NCBI GenBank assembly: GCA_049512935.1
Contig: JBEKWR010000003.1
Location: 43,717-107,716, forward strand
Reading direction: 5' to 3'
Length of the DNA: 64,000 nt
Source of the DNA: Candidatus Bathyarchaeia archaeon
GTDB lineage: Archaea > Thermoproteota > Bathyarchaeia > Bathyarchaeales > Bathycorpusculaceae
The first letter of the stretch is position 1. Each line of letters starts with the position of its first letter. Under the pieces are notes generated by a model. It was not told where the DNA came from and did not search any database. It saw nothing but the letters and a program-made list of their open reading frames with translations. A program made the translations under genes and the position numbers. Shown in pieces: positions 17,739 to 27,722 of this stretch.

Positions 17739-18050
17739 GTGTTGGAGTTACTAGCGGGGATGAGTTATTTGACGAACGTTCAAGCAAGCACATGGGAACC
17801 TGAGAAAAGAACAGAGCCAGAAGCCCGAACTGAACCAGCCCCAAGATCGGAGCCAGCCGCCAGAACTGAAACAGAACCTAGGACCGAAACTGAGCCAAGG
17901 ACAGAAGTAGCTGCTAGAACGGAACCAGCGAACAATGAGGTAAAATCAGTCAAGTGCCCTTCTTGCGGTCATCTTTTGGTATTTTCAAAGGGACCTGGGA
18001 AGCTAAGTCTCAGATGCACAAAATGTGGAAAAGACTTCCAAGTAGAGTAG
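17739..18050 (+). CDS. Small protein with seven R[TS]Exxx repeats and C-terminal zinc ribbon
   Basis: 18-bp period repeats 17808-17930; CPSC..CTKC; true start may be ATG 17760. Confidence 0.6.
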   Translation: MLELLAGMSYLTNVQASTWEPEKRTEPEARTEPAPRSEPAARTETEPRTETEPRTEVAARTEPANNEVKSVKCPSCGHLLVFSKGPGKLSLRCTKCGKDFQVE

Positions 18051-18080
18051 ATCGCGCGATTCTTTCAGCAAAACATCAAT

Positions 18081-18890
18081 TTACTGCTTTGCCGCATTCT
18101 TGAGTTCCAACGCCGTTGACCGCAACTCTTTCAAGAGAACGTCAATGTTTTCTCGGCGTTTCTTGATTATGTTGATGAAAGCGCTCCCAACGATGACACC
18201 GTCCGCTCCTGCCTCAACGATGCGTTTTACGTGCTCTGGTTTGGAGATTCCGAACCCGACCGCCAACGGAATCTTGCCAGACGTGAAAGGCAGAACCCGT
18301 TTGACAAGTTGAATGGTTGAGTCTTCTATGGCTGCTTGTGCCCCAGTGACTCCGAAATGCGAAACGAGATACAGAAACCCTGAAGAACAATCAACTATGC
18401 GTGCCAGCCGCTCGTTTGAGGTGGAAGGCGCGGCTAAGAAAATTGTGTCTACACCAAATTTTCTTGCGGTTTTCTTGTAATCTGCTGCTTCTTCCACGGG
18501 CAAATCGGGAACTATGACACCGTCAACCACGCAGTTACTGGCTGACTCGAAAAACTTTTCAAGCCCCATCCTGAAAACGGGATTATAGTAAGTCATTATT
18601 ACAATGGGCACGTTTTGGCTTTGCCGAATCTCCTTAGCGATTTGCAGCACTTTAGCGGGTGTTGTTCCAGCGCTTAGGGCGCGCACGCCTGCGGCTTGAA
18701 TTGTTGGTCCGTCAGCGATGGGGTCAGAAAAAGGCAATCCCACCTCTAAAATGTCTACGCCTCCCTTAATCAGGGCGTCAGCGATTTTAGGTGTTAGTTC
18801 GGGTTTTGGGTCTCCCGCCATAATGTAGCCGACGAGCGCCCCGCTGCCTTGAGCTTTGGTTCTTTGGAATGCTTCAGTTATCGCGGTCAT
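18081..18890 (-). CDS. trpA: Tryptophan synthase alpha chain
   Basis: [28 protein letters not shown] motifs. Confidence 0.97.
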   Translation of the reverse strand: MTAITEAFQRTKAQGSGALVGYIMAGDPKPELTPKIADALIKGGVDILEVGLPFSDPIADGPTIQAAGVRALSAGTTPAKVLQIAKEIRQSQNVPIVIMTYYNPVFRMGLEKFFESASNCVVDGVIVPDLPVEEAADYKKTARKFGVDTIFLAAPSTSNERLARIVDCSSGFLYLVSHFGVTGAQAAIEDSTIQLVKRVLPFTSGKIPLAVGFGISKPEHVKRIVEAGADGVIVGSAFINIIKKRRENIDVLLKELRSTALELKNAAKQ

Positions 18891-20083
18891 ATTTTCACGC
18901 CTATGTAATCCGCTATTGTTTCCACGTCTTTGTCTCCCCTTCCCGAAAGGGTCACGACGATTGACTGGGTCTTCTTCATCTTCGGCGCAAGCTTCATGGC
19001 GTATGCCACCGCATGAGCGGATTCCAAGGCAGGCAGGATTCCTTCCTCTTTGCTTAGGGCGAGGAAAGCGTCTACTGCCTCCTTGTCTGTGGCTGAAACG
19101 TACTGTGCCCGCTTCAGAGTTTTGAGGAAGGAGTGTTCGGGTCCAACGCCCGGGTAATCTAACCCAGCGGAGATGCTGCTTGTGTTCAGGATTTGCCCGT
19201 TGCTGTCCTGCAACACGTAGGTTAACATGCCGTGGAAGACCCCTTCCGCGCCTGCGCCAAGCGACGCCGCGTGTTTGCCCGACTCTAAGCCTTCGCCCGC
19301 CGCTTCCACACCGTAAAACGCAACTTCAGCGTCGTCCTCGAACGGGAAGAACGTGCCAATCGCGTTACTTCCGCCGCCCACGCAGGCAACCAGCGCGTCA
19401 GGAAGCCACCCCTCCTTCTGCTGGAACTGCAGTTTGACCTCTACGCCGATTACGCTCTGGAAGTCCCGAACGATCATCGGGTAAGGATGCGGTCCGACGA
19501 CGCTGCCGATCAGGTAGTACGTGTTTTCAAGGTTGGTTACCCAGTCGCGGAACGCTTCGTTGATCGAGTCTTTGAGCGTTTTTGAGCCTGTTTCGACGGG
19601 GTGCACTTCGGCGCCGAGGAGTTTCATGCGGAAAACGTTCAGCCGCTGCCGCTCGCAGTCCTCCGTTCCCATGTAAACCTCAGCCTTCAAACCTAACGCT
19701 GCGCACGCAATCGCGGTTGCTACGCCGTGCTGTCCCGCCCCTGTTTCAGCGATCACTCGGGTCTTGCCCATTCGCTTGGCGAGTAGCGCCTGTCCGATGG
19801 TGTTGTTGATTTTGTGTGCTCCGCCGTGGGCGAGGTCTTCCCGTTTAAGGTAGATTTTGGCGCCGCCCAGCCTGCGCGTCAAGTTCTCGGCGAGGTAGAG
19901 CGGGGTTGGTCTGCCTACGAATTCGAAGAGGTAATCGTCCAGCTGTTTCTGGAAGGCAGGGTCTTTTCTGGCTTGCGTGTAAGCTTCTTCCAACTCGTTG
20001 ATCGCGGTCATCAGGACTTCGGGAACGAAGCGTCCGCCGTACTTGCCGTATTTGCCGTCGACAGGGTAGCTGCTCAGTTTCAT
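18887..20083 (-). CDS. trpB: Tryptophan synthase beta chain (TrpB1 type)
   Basis: [19 protein letters not shown] lysine, [20 protein letters not shown]. Confidence 0.97.
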   Translation of the reverse strand: MKLSSYPVDGKYGKYGGRFVPEVLMTAINELEEAYTQARKDPAFQKQLDDYLFEFVGRPTPLYLAENLTRRLGGAKIYLKREDLAHGGAHKINNTIGQALLAKRMGKTRVIAETGAGQHGVATAIACAALGLKAEVYMGTEDCERQRLNVFRMKLLGAEVHPVETGSKTLKDSINEAFRDWVTNLENTYYLIGSVVGPHPYPMIVRDFQSVIGVEVKLQFQQKEGWLPDALVACVGGGSNAIGTFFPFEDDAEVAFYGVEAAGEGLESGKHAASLGAGAEGVFHGMLTYVLQDSNGQILNTSSISAGLDYPGVGPEHSFLKTLKRAQYVSATDKEAVDAFLALSKEEGILPALESAHAVAYAMKLAPKMKKTQSIVVTLSGRGDKDVETIADYIGVKI

Positions 20084-20859
20084 TTTGCGTTCACGAACTC
20101 CCTGACCGCTTCTTCAACGTTGCCGCTCTGCATGAGGGCGGAACCGATGAGGAACGCCTTTGCGCCGCTTTCACGGAGGAACCGCACGTCCATAGCCGTT
20201 TTTATTCCGCTTTCACTCACGACCACTTTGCCCTTCGGATTGTTTCTTGACAGGATTTCTTTGGTCACGTTCAAATCCACCTTTAAGGTTCCAAGGTTAC
20301 GGTTGTTTATCCCGATCAAGTCAGCTTCAGACTTCACCGCTTCGCGGAACTCGGCTTCGGTGTGGGTTTCAAGCAGAACCTCAAGACCCAGCACGTGGGC
20401 GCCAGCCACCATTTCGTCAAGGGTTTTTTCAGTGTAACCCCTGTCAAAGAGCGTTTTAATCAGCAGAACCGCGTCGGCGCCCATTTTTTTTGCGGCGTAA
20501 ACCTGCACGGGGCTAAGCACGATGTCTTTCATGATGACGGGAACATCCACCGCTTCTCGAGCCGCCGCTAAAGCCTCCAGTGAACCGTTGAACTGTTTCG
20601 GCTCAGTCAACACGGACACGGCTACTGCCCCGCCCCTCTGCATTTCCCGCGCAACCTCCCCCGCGTTAACGTTTTCACGTATGACGCCTGCCGATGGAGA
20701 AGCCGATTTAATTTCGCCAATGATTGCCGCGGCTTTGCACTCTAAGATTGCCTTGCGCAGGCTGAGGCGCTTGCTCTCCGCTGCTTTTGCCGCTTCGTAG
20801 TATTCGCTTTCGATGGTTATTTGCGCGACGCGCGCCAAAACGTCAAAGTAGTCACTCAT
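20080..20859 (-). CDS. trpC: Indole-3-glycerol phosphate synthase
   Basis: [29 protein letters not shown]; ATG 20859 overlaps trpD end; no TrpF fusion. Confidence 0.95.
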   Translation of the reverse strand: MSDYFDVLARVAQITIESEYYEAAKAAESKRLSLRKAILECKAAAIIGEIKSASPSAGVIRENVNAGEVAREMQRGGAVAVSVLTEPKQFNGSLEALAAAREAVDVPVIMKDIVLSPVQVYAAKKMGADAVLLIKTLFDRGYTEKTLDEMVAGAHVLGLEVLLETHTEAEFREAVKSEADLIGINNRNLGTLKVDLNVTKEILSRNNPKGKVVVSESGIKTAMDVRFLRESGAKAFLIGSALMQSGNVEEAVREFVNAK

Positions 20860-21913
20860 ACTTGGCTTCCAACTCCTCAAGCTTCGCTAGGCTTCCGCCT
20901 GAAGCCGCAACCAACGCTTTAAGCTTCCCATACGCCGCCCCGCTTTCGATTGATTCACGGGCTAACTCCATGCCCCCCAAGAAATCCTCCGCTTTCCCGC
21001 CAACGATTATTCCCGCGGCGCTGTTGACGAGCACAAACTCGGTTTTCAGGTCATCAACCGCAAGGTTGCCGCTCAGAATTCTGAAGAAGGTTTCAACGCC
21101 TTCATCAACGGTTGCCACTTTCAAGTCGGCGACTCGTGCGCGCTTAACTCCAAAGTCGCTGGGCGCGGCTTCGAACTCCACGACTTCGCCGTCCTTTAGC
21201 CACGCAATCAGGGTCTTTCCAACGGTTGAAACCTCGTCTAACCCATCTAAGCCGTGGACAACCATGGCTTCCTCGCAGCCCAGCCGACGCAGCGCATAAG
21301 CCAGCGGGGCGGTTAGTTTGGGGTCGTAGACGCCGAGCAGCTGCGCGTTGGCTGACGCGGGGTTGGTTAACGGTCCGAGGACGTTGAATACGGTGCGTAT
21401 GCCTATTTCCCGTCTGGTTTCAGCTGCGAACTTCATTGCTGGGTGGAACGATGGCGCAAACATGAAGCCTACCCCGACCTTCTCAATCATGCACTTAACC
21501 GCCTCAGGCTCCAGATACAGGTTGAAACCGAGTTTTTCCAGCACATCCGCGCTTCCACTCTTGCTGGTCACCGACCTGTTCCCGTGCTTGGCAACCGCGA
21601 CGCCTGCTCCCGCGACGACGAAGGCGGCTGCCGTGCTCACGTTGAAGGTTTTTATTTTGTCTCCGCCTGTCCCGCACGTGTCAACGAGGCGACCTTTCAC
21701 GTGGGGGTGAATTTGGCTGCTGTGCTCGCGCATTACCGCGGCGAAGGCGATAAGCTCCTCGACTGCTTCGCCCTTCATTCTCAGCGCGGTCAGGAAAGCG
21801 GCTGTCTGCGAGTTTGTCGCTTTTCCCGACATGACTTCACGCATGATTTCGCCCGACTCGCTGCTGGTGAGGCTGCAGCCTTCAATGAGTTTCTGGATGC
21901 CTTCCCGAATCAA
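20852..21913 (-). CDS. trpD: Anthranilate phosphoribosyltransferase
   Basis: DTCGTGGD, FNVST, KHGNRSVTSKSGSAD. Confidence 0.97.
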   Translation of the reverse strand: MIREGIQKLIEGCSLTSSESGEIMREVMSGKATNSQTAAFLTALRMKGEAVEELIAFAAVMREHSSQIHPHVKGRLVDTCGTGGDKIKTFNVSTAAAFVVAGAGVAVAKHGNRSVTSKSGSADVLEKLGFNLYLEPEAVKCMIEKVGVGFMFAPSFHPAMKFAAETRREIGIRTVFNVLGPLTNPASANAQLLGVYDPKLTAPLAYALRRLGCEEAMVVHGLDGLDEVSTVGKTLIAWLKDGEVVEFEAAPSDFGVKRARVADLKVATVDEGVETFFRILSGNLAVDDLKTEFVLVNSAAGIIVGGKAEDFLGGMELARESIESGAAYGKLKALVAASGGSLAKLEELEAKYE

Positions 21914-22497
21914 AGCCGCCTAGCCTCCAAAAAGTTCCTGATTATGAGTTTGCCGTCTTCGCAGAGGATGGATTCAGGATGGAACTGCACGCCGTCAATC
22001 GGGTACTTAACGTGGCGGACGCCCATGATTTCTCCGTCGTCAAGGCACTCAGCTGAGATTTCAAGGCATTTAGGAATCGAGCATCGTTCTCCAGCAAGCG
22101 AGTGGTACCGCGTTGCAGTGAACGGGTTGCGCACGCCTGCGAAGATGCCTTTCTGGTCGTGTTTTATCGTGCAGGTTTTTCCATGCATGAGCCTTTGCGC
22201 GTGGACGATTTTTCCGCCGTAAGCGTAGATTATTCCTTGGTGACCAAGGCAAACTCCCAAAGTTGGAATCGTGTGGCTCATGGTCTGAAGGATCCTTGTG
22301 CAGACGCCAAAGTACCGCTCGTCCTCAGGCGTGCCTGGACCGGGAGAAATCACAATCCTCTCGGGTTTAAGCTCCGCCAGCTGCGCCAACGACACCTTGT
22401 CGTTTCGGAAAACCACGGGTTCCCCACCAAGTTCACCTATGTACTGGGCAAGGTTGTAGACGAACGAGTCGTAATTGTCGATGACGAGCACCTTCAC
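21910..22497 (-). CDS. trpG: Anthranilate synthase component II
   Basis: IDNYDSF, SPGPG, GVCLGHQ, GVQFHPES. Confidence 0.95.
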   Translation of the reverse strand: MKVLVIDNYDSFVYNLAQYIGELGGEPVVFRNDKVSLAQLAELKPERIVISPGPGTPEDERYFGVCTRILQTMSHTIPTLGVCLGHQGIIYAYGGKIVHAQRLMHGKTCTIKHDQKGIFAGVRNPFTATRYHSLAGERCSIPKCLEISAECLDDGEIMGVRHVKYPIDGVQFHPESILCEDGKLIIRNFLEARRL

Positions 22498-23939
22498 TGC
22501 TGTGCGCCTCCAGCCTTCTCCAGCGCCTGCATCAACGCCTTCGCCTTATGCTCGGTTTCAAACCACTCTTGCTCAGGCACCGAATCAGCCACAATGCCGC
22601 CGCCCGCCTGAATGTAAGCTTGGTTCTTGTCAGCGAACAACGTGCGAATTGTTATGGCAAAGTCCGCGTTGCCGTTGTAGGAAAAATACCCCACGGCGCC
22701 AGCGTAAGGCCCCCGCCTGACAGGTTCCAGTTCATCGATGATTTCCATGGCACGCACCTTCGGCGCTCCAGAAACGGTTCCCGCTGGAAAAACAGCCCGC
22801 AACGCGTCGTAGCTTTGAAGGTCGTCTCTCAGTTCGCCCACGACTCGGGACACGATGTGCTGAACGTGGCTGTACTGGTGAACCTTCATGAACTCAGGCA
22901 CGTGAACGCTTCCGTACTTGCTGATTCTTCCCACGTCGTTGCGTGCCAAATCAACAAGCATCACGTGCTCGGCGCGCTCCTTAGGGTCGGCAAGCAACTC
23001 GCAAACTAACCTGCCGTTTTCATTGGGGTCTTCAGCCACGGGTCTTGTGCCCGCGATCGGGAAGGTTTCCACGGTTCTGTTTTCAACCCTGACAAGCATC
23101 TCGGGGCTGGCTCCGACGATCTGCCTTTCGCCCGACTTGTAAAAAAACATGTATGGCGAAGGGTTGATGGCTCTCAAAGCCTGATAGAACGGGATCAGGT
23201 TGCCTTTAACTTGGAACTGGAACCGTTTGGACGGGACAACCTGGAAAATGTCCCCTGCCGTTATGTACTTCTTCGCCTTTTCAACCGCCGCCTCATAAGC
23301 TTCTTTCTTAATGTTCACCTTAGGCTGCGTGAAAGAAAAATGCTCCGCGTCGGCTGGCTGCCTGAGAAGGTTTTCAACTTCGGGGAGACGGTTCTCGCCG
23401 CGGTAGTAGTAGAACGCCTGCTTTTTTACGTGGTTGAAGATGAAGCCATCGTCGAAAATGCCCATTTCCAAGTCGGGGAAGCAAAGGTCGTCCCTGCTGT
23501 TCTGCGGCAGCTGCTCCCAGTAGCGGACAGAGTCGTAGGAAACGTATCCGACTGCTCCGCCGACGAATCTGAACTCGCTGTTTGGAACCGCTTGGTCTTT
23601 GAGTAGGCGCTCTAAGGTTTGGAGGGGGTCGCATGTTTCTTCAGTGTCTGTCTCGTGGGTTTGTTCGTTTCTGATTTTGGCTTTCCCGTTTTTCACGGTG
23701 AAGGTTACTTTTGGGTCGTACCCGATGAACGAGTATTGTGCGAGTTTTTTTGGTCCTTCGATTGATTCTAGAAGGTAGGCTGTTTGGTGGTTTTTTTGTA
23801 GTTTTGAGAAGATTTCGAGGGGTTGCGCATTCAGGGTGATTTTCTTGATTTTTAGGGGATTATCTGGCTTGGTTTGTGTGGCTGTTATGCCAAAGGCAAT
23901 TCCCCATTGCGATTCGTGCTCCGTACGGTTCAGAAGCAT
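22494..23939 (-). CDS. trpE: Anthranilate synthase component I
   Basis: GDIFQVV, NPSPY, PIAGTR, EHVMLVDLARND, GTVSGAPK. Confidence 0.95.
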   Translation of the reverse strand: MLLNRTEHESQWGIAFGITATQTKPDNPLKIKKITLNAQPLEIFSKLQKNHQTAYLLESIEGPKKLAQYSFIGYDPKVTFTVKNGKAKIRNEQTHETDTEETCDPLQTLERLLKDQAVPNSEFRFVGGAVGYVSYDSVRYWEQLPQNSRDDLCFPDLEMGIFDDGFIFNHVKKQAFYYYRGENRLPEVENLLRQPADAEHFSFTQPKVNIKKEAYEAAVEKAKKYITAGDIFQVVPSKRFQFQVKGNLIPFYQALRAINPSPYMFFYKSGERQIVGASPEMLVRVENRTVETFPIAGTRPVAEDPNENGRLVCELLADPKERAEHVMLVDLARNDVGRISKYGSVHVPEFMKVHQYSHVQHIVSRVVGELRDDLQSYDALRAVFPAGTVSGAPKVRAMEIIDELEPVRRGPYAGAVGYFSYNGNADFAITIRTLFADKNQAYIQAGGGIVADSVPEQEWFETEHKAKALMQALEKAGGAQQ

Positions 23940-23982
23940 ACGTTGATGTATTATTTAAGGCTTATCTGCACAAAAACGTACA

Positions 23983-24312
23983 TTAAGGCTTGGGCTTAAG
24001 CACAGCACTCATCCACTCCAAATACGCCTTCGACCCGTCAACAATCGGCAGCGCCAAAACCTCAGGAACCTCGTAGCTATGCAAACGCTTAACCCGTTCA
24101 GCAACCTCCCCAAACAGGTCCATCCGCGACTTCATAACCACCAAGCATTCCGCAGCCCTCTCCGTCTGACCACCCCAGTGAAAAAACGACGTAACTGGAC
24201 TAACGATGTTAGCGCAGGCGATAAGGCGTTCCTTCAAAAGCATCTGCGAAATTCTTTCCGCCTCTTCCTTATCCTTCGCCGTAACAAGAATGACTATGTA
24301 TTCACTCAACAC
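23983..24312 (-). CDS. cutA: Divalent-cation tolerance protein CutA
   Basis: LIACAN, YHW-like FHWGG, HSYEVPE. Confidence 0.9.
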   Translation of the reverse strand: MLSEYIVILVTAKDKEEAERISQMLLKERLIACANIVSPVTSFFHWGGQTERAAECLVVMKSRMDLFGEVAERVKRLHSYEVPEVLALPIVDGSKAYLEWMSAVLKPKP

Positions 24313-24388
24313 TTTTCACCAAGTCAAAGTTGGTTTTTACCAATAAAAACTTGCATGTTTTCCAAAAATTCAGTTTTTCCCGTAGCGG

Positions 24389-24943
24389 GTGCTTAAGACA
24401 TTTAAATTCCCGTTAAGTATTACTTGCAGTGAGGGAACGCTTTTGAAAGAGGAGCAGTTTAAAGTTTTAAAGACGTTAAGTGAAGCCACAAGCCGCATGG
24501 ATCTGAATGCGTTTGCTGAAAAAGTCGGCCTGACCCCGAACCAGGCAATACTTCAGATTCAAGAACTGGCAAAAGAGGGCTTTCTGCAGAGGGTCGGAGG
24601 CGGGTACGGCATAACTCAGAAGGGGAAAGCAGCCCTTAAAGCCTTCACGCCTGTTCCGAGGGAGAACGGGTTCCATTTTTACTACGGTATCGATCAGCCA
24701 TCGGAGTTCATCGCTGAGTCGCCTGAACAGTTTTACAACTTTATCAAACAAGTCAGAGTCGAATCTATTGAATTCCACCTTTACCGGGGCGACTTCAAAA
24801 ACTGGCTCAACGACGTCCTAAAAGATACTGAGGTTGCCAGCGAATTCGAGCGCGCTAGGGCTGCCGATTTGGAGGGTGAAACTCTTAGATCGGAACTCTT
24901 GAAGCTGCTTGACGCAAAGTACGGGATAGAAGGGTTGGCTTAG
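24389..24943 (+). CDS. wHTH plus DUF5752-like protein
   Basis: N-terminal winged helix; GFHFY...SIEFHLYRGDFKNWL. Confidence 0.65.
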   Translation: MLKTFKFPLSITCSEGTLLKEEQFKVLKTLSEATSRMDLNAFAEKVGLTPNQAILQIQELAKEGFLQRVGGGYGITQKGKAALKAFTPVPRENGFHFYYGIDQPSEFIAESPEQFYNFIKQVRVESIEFHLYRGDFKNWLNDVLKDTEVASEFERARAADLEGETLRSELLKLLDAKYGIEGLA

Positions 24944-24949
24944 CTTCGG

Positions 24950-25399
24950 TTACTGGTTAAGCTTAATCCACCATTCGGGAACGCGGGCGTCTTTGGCGCT
25001 ATCCCAAGAGTCAAAGGGCTTTATGTCTAAGACTGGCGTGCCATTGTAAGCGTCTAAACCGCGGACAGTTAGAATGTTGCCTTCAACCTTTAGCAGCTCA
25101 ACAAGCGTTAAGCCGATGGGGTTCGGTCGCAGGTTGGTTCTAAGCGCGAAAACCCCCAGCAAAGGCATGTCCATTCTGCCTCTAGGATGCAACTTTAGAG
25201 CCCGATGCTGGCTGGTTACTTCGTTGAGCCAGAAAAGCACAAACACGTGCGAAAAGCCTTCGACGCCGTCCAAGGCTTCAACCAGCTCGGAATTAAGAAT
25301 TATTTTTGAAATTCTTGACTTGTCTTTAACCTCGTTGCCGACCGCGTCGGTTTTAACGTGACCGATTGGGCTTAAAACGATCTGCTGTTGAGAAGACAT
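24950..25399 (-). CDS. trmO: tRNA m6t6A37 methyltransferase TrmO/TsaA family
   Basis: GVFALRTNLRPNPIGLT, GLDAYNGTPVLDIKP. Confidence 0.9.
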   Translation of the reverse strand: MSSQQQIVLSPIGHVKTDAVGNEVKDKSRISKIILNSELVEALDGVEGFSHVFVLFWLNEVTSQHRALKLHPRGRMDMPLLGVFALRTNLRPNPIGLTLVELLKVEGNILTVRGLDAYNGTPVLDIKPFDSWDSAKDARVPEWWIKLNQ

Positions 25400-25480
25400 C
25401 GGTTGCTCCGCTCAATAATCCAGTGAAGCCGAAACTATATAAGCGTTCGATGGGTAGGACGGAACGGTGGCGTCGGCGCT

Positions 25481-25732
25481 TTGCCCTTCGTCGAAGACCT
25501 TTCGAGGCTTCCAAGCTTCGTAATTGTGGTATGCATGGTAGCTTTCTTTCTCTCGTTTGGTTTACTCTCAAACATCATCGACAATGAGGGCGTCCTGTAT
25601 AACCTCGGGCAGGGCGCATTCATTTCGGTAGTGACTGGCGCAGCATTGTACTTTGCAAGGTATCTAAGCAGGCGAAGAGCCGCTAATAGGGTTAAATTGC
25701 AACCGATAACTCCCAAAGAAACTTCAATCTAA
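25481..25732 (+). CDS. Small two-helix membrane protein
   Basis: Two hydrophobic segments, basic tail; fills the gap between neighbours. Confidence 0.5.
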   Translation: MPFVEDLSRLPSFVIVVCMVAFFLSFGLLSNIIDNEGVLYNLGQGAFISVVTGAALYFARYLSRRRAANRVKLQPITPKETSI

Positions 25733-25757
25733 ACCTGCAAAACGTATTATTCTTTCG

Positions 25758-26462
25758 TTGAGTAACAAGTTTACTATGTTGCGTATTGGTCACAGAGGCG
25801 CTCGGGCTTACGCGCCAGAAAACACGATTGCAAGTTTTAGGAAAGCGCTGGAAATCGGCGCTGACGCGGTTGAACTGGACGTGAGGAAAACCAAAGACAA
25901 CCAGCTTGTTGTCATTCACGACGCGGATGTTAAGCGGACAACTGACGGCGAAGGCTTGGTAAGTGAGCTTACGCTCAAAGAAATCAAGGGTTTTAACGCT
26001 GAGGGCGGCGAGAAAATTCCGACGTTTGAGGAAGCGCTGGATTTTCTGGATAAGAAGGTCAAGGTTTTTGTTGAGTTGAAGGAAGACGGGCTTGAAAAGC
26101 AGATGCTCGATGTCATTTGTGATATGGGTTTGGAGAAGAACGTTGTACTCGTTTCTTTCTTGGAGGATGCGCTCAGGAAAGTCCGAGAGCTCAATGCTGA
26201 AGTAGAGACGGGGTTAATTTACGCGAAGCATAAGAACCCGCTGAAAGCCGCGCTCGAATTGAAAGCCAACTACTTGGTTGCTCTCTACAGGTTCATGCAC
26301 ACGGCTAACGTTGAGAAAGCTCACGAGAACGGGTTAAAAGTGGTAGTTTGGACCATAAACACCTTGGAGGAAGCCGAGCAGTACGCCGCAAAAGGCGTTG
26401 ACGGCATAACAAGCGACAAGCCAGACATACTCGCGCATATCAAGCCAAAGCCTAGTGCATAG
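25758..26462 (+). CDS. Glycerophosphodiester phosphodiesterase
   Basis: IGHRGA, PENT, ELDV, VIHD, VWTIN, ITSDKP. Confidence 0.92.
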   Translation: MSNKFTMLRIGHRGARAYAPENTIASFRKALEIGADAVELDVRKTKDNQLVVIHDADVKRTTDGEGLVSELTLKEIKGFNAEGGEKIPTFEEALDFLDKKVKVFVELKEDGLEKQMLDVICDMGLEKNVVLVSFLEDALRKVRELNAEVETGLIYAKHKNPLKAALELKANYLVALYRFMHTANVEKAHENGLKVVVWTINTLEEAEQYAAKGVDGITSDKPDILAHIKPKPSA

Positions 26463-27378
26463 CCAGCGACGCTTTCAAAACCCGCTCAATCTTCTCCGTT
26501 TCAACGCGGCTGTCATCGTTCAGCGGCGTCAAACGTATTTCAGCGGCTGATTTCACCCCGAAACCCAGCTCTGCCGCCCGCTTGAGTTGGTCTTGCTCAA
26601 AAATTTCTGCTTCGCCCACTTTGCCTTTGGCACCGTACATTTTGAGAATCGCGACTCCAACCGCGTCGATGGCTACCCGGTCTCGGCTTGCAAGCAGAAG
26701 GTTCGGCTCAACCAAATTTCCCTTGTCGGGACCGCCCGTCACGAAGGCTTTTATCCCGTCCATCAGAACGAAATCCAGGTTGTAGTTGTTGTTTATTTCC
26801 GCAATCATCTTGCGCTGGTTCGGCGAGCCGTGCAGTTCCCACATGTAATCGTAAATGCCGCCTGGAACCCTTTTAGCGACCAAGCCCACAGAATTCTTCA
26901 GCGACATGGTGAAGTGACCGCCGAACCTATGCGTTTTCAAGCAGCACGTCTGCACCACCTTGTCAGCGTCATGAAAGACTTTAGCCATGTAAAACCCCCT
27001 AATCCAATGGGTCCCTTCCTTCTCGACTTTTACCCAGTCGTCCTTGCCTGCGTCGTTTAAGACGACCGCCTTGAATCCCAGCTCATTTGAAAGGGCCAAA
27101 ACGCCCATTTCCTGGAGAACCCGTTCGGTGTCGCCCATGCCGCTGCGTTCAGCCAAAGTTACGCCGCTCGCCCCCGCTTTCTTTAAGCCTTGCACAATGG
27201 CTCTTAACGTGTCAAGATGCGTCGAGGCTGGGAACGGGTCGGCACTGTTGTAGTTAGCCTTCAAAGCCACCGCCCTGCCCGAGTAGTCGCCTAAATCAAA
27301 CTTCTCAAGCAGCGCGGAAACGCCCGTTGCTCTATCCGTGGTTTTTAGAACAAAAACTTCGCCCGAAGAATTAGCCAT
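26452..27378 (-). CDS. DUF362-domain protein
   Basis: VALKAN, LKTH, TMSLKNSVG, MDGI pattern. Confidence 0.8.
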   Translation of the reverse strand: MANSSGEVFVLKTTDRATGVSALLEKFDLGDYSGRAVALKANYNSADPFPASTHLDTLRAIVQGLKKAGASGVTLAERSGMGDTERVLQEMGVLALSNELGFKAVVLNDAGKDDWVKVEKEGTHWIRGFYMAKVFHDADKVVQTCCLKTHRFGGHFTMSLKNSVGLVAKRVPGGIYDYMWELHGSPNQRKMIAEINNNYNLDFVLMDGIKAFVTGGPDKGNLVEPNLLLASRDRVAIDAVGVAILKMYGAKGKVGEAEIFEQDQLKRAAELGFGVKSAAEIRLTPLNDDSRVETEKIERVLKASLAMH

Positions 27379-27503
27379 AAAACCCGCTCCATAAAAACAT
27401 AAAAGGGCTGGTCAGTTATTAGTTTTTCATTGCTTCAGGCTGCAACAACAAGACCGCAAGCTCTATATTATCCTGTGAAGCCATTTTCAAAAGCAAACCG
27501 TGC

Positions 27504-27581
27504 GGGTCCGTAGCTCAGTCAGGCTAGAGCATCGGACTCTTAATCCGAGGGTCGCGGGTTCAATTCCCGTCGGACCCGCCA
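27504..27581 (+). tRNA. tRNA-Lys(CTT), CCA encoded, no intron
   Basis: Acceptor GGGTCCG/CGGACCC, anticodon arm TCGGA-CTCTTAA-TCCGA, T loop TTCAATT. Confidence 0.97.
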
Positions 27582-27722
27582 TCATATGTACAAAGAAATA
27601 CTAGCCTTTTTTCTATTCTGTCTTTTTTCCTCAGCGGATGCTTGCGTTATAGTTTGTCGCTTAGGCAGGAAGAGAAGCCTTTCCTGAATGTGGTTCGACG
27701 TTGACATCCTTTGTATCTACGG

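Noticed and set aside
27502-27581. Extended pairing GC/GC outside the tRNA-Lys acceptor stem
   Set aside because: Two extra base pairs only; no evidence for unusual processing, splitting or an intron.
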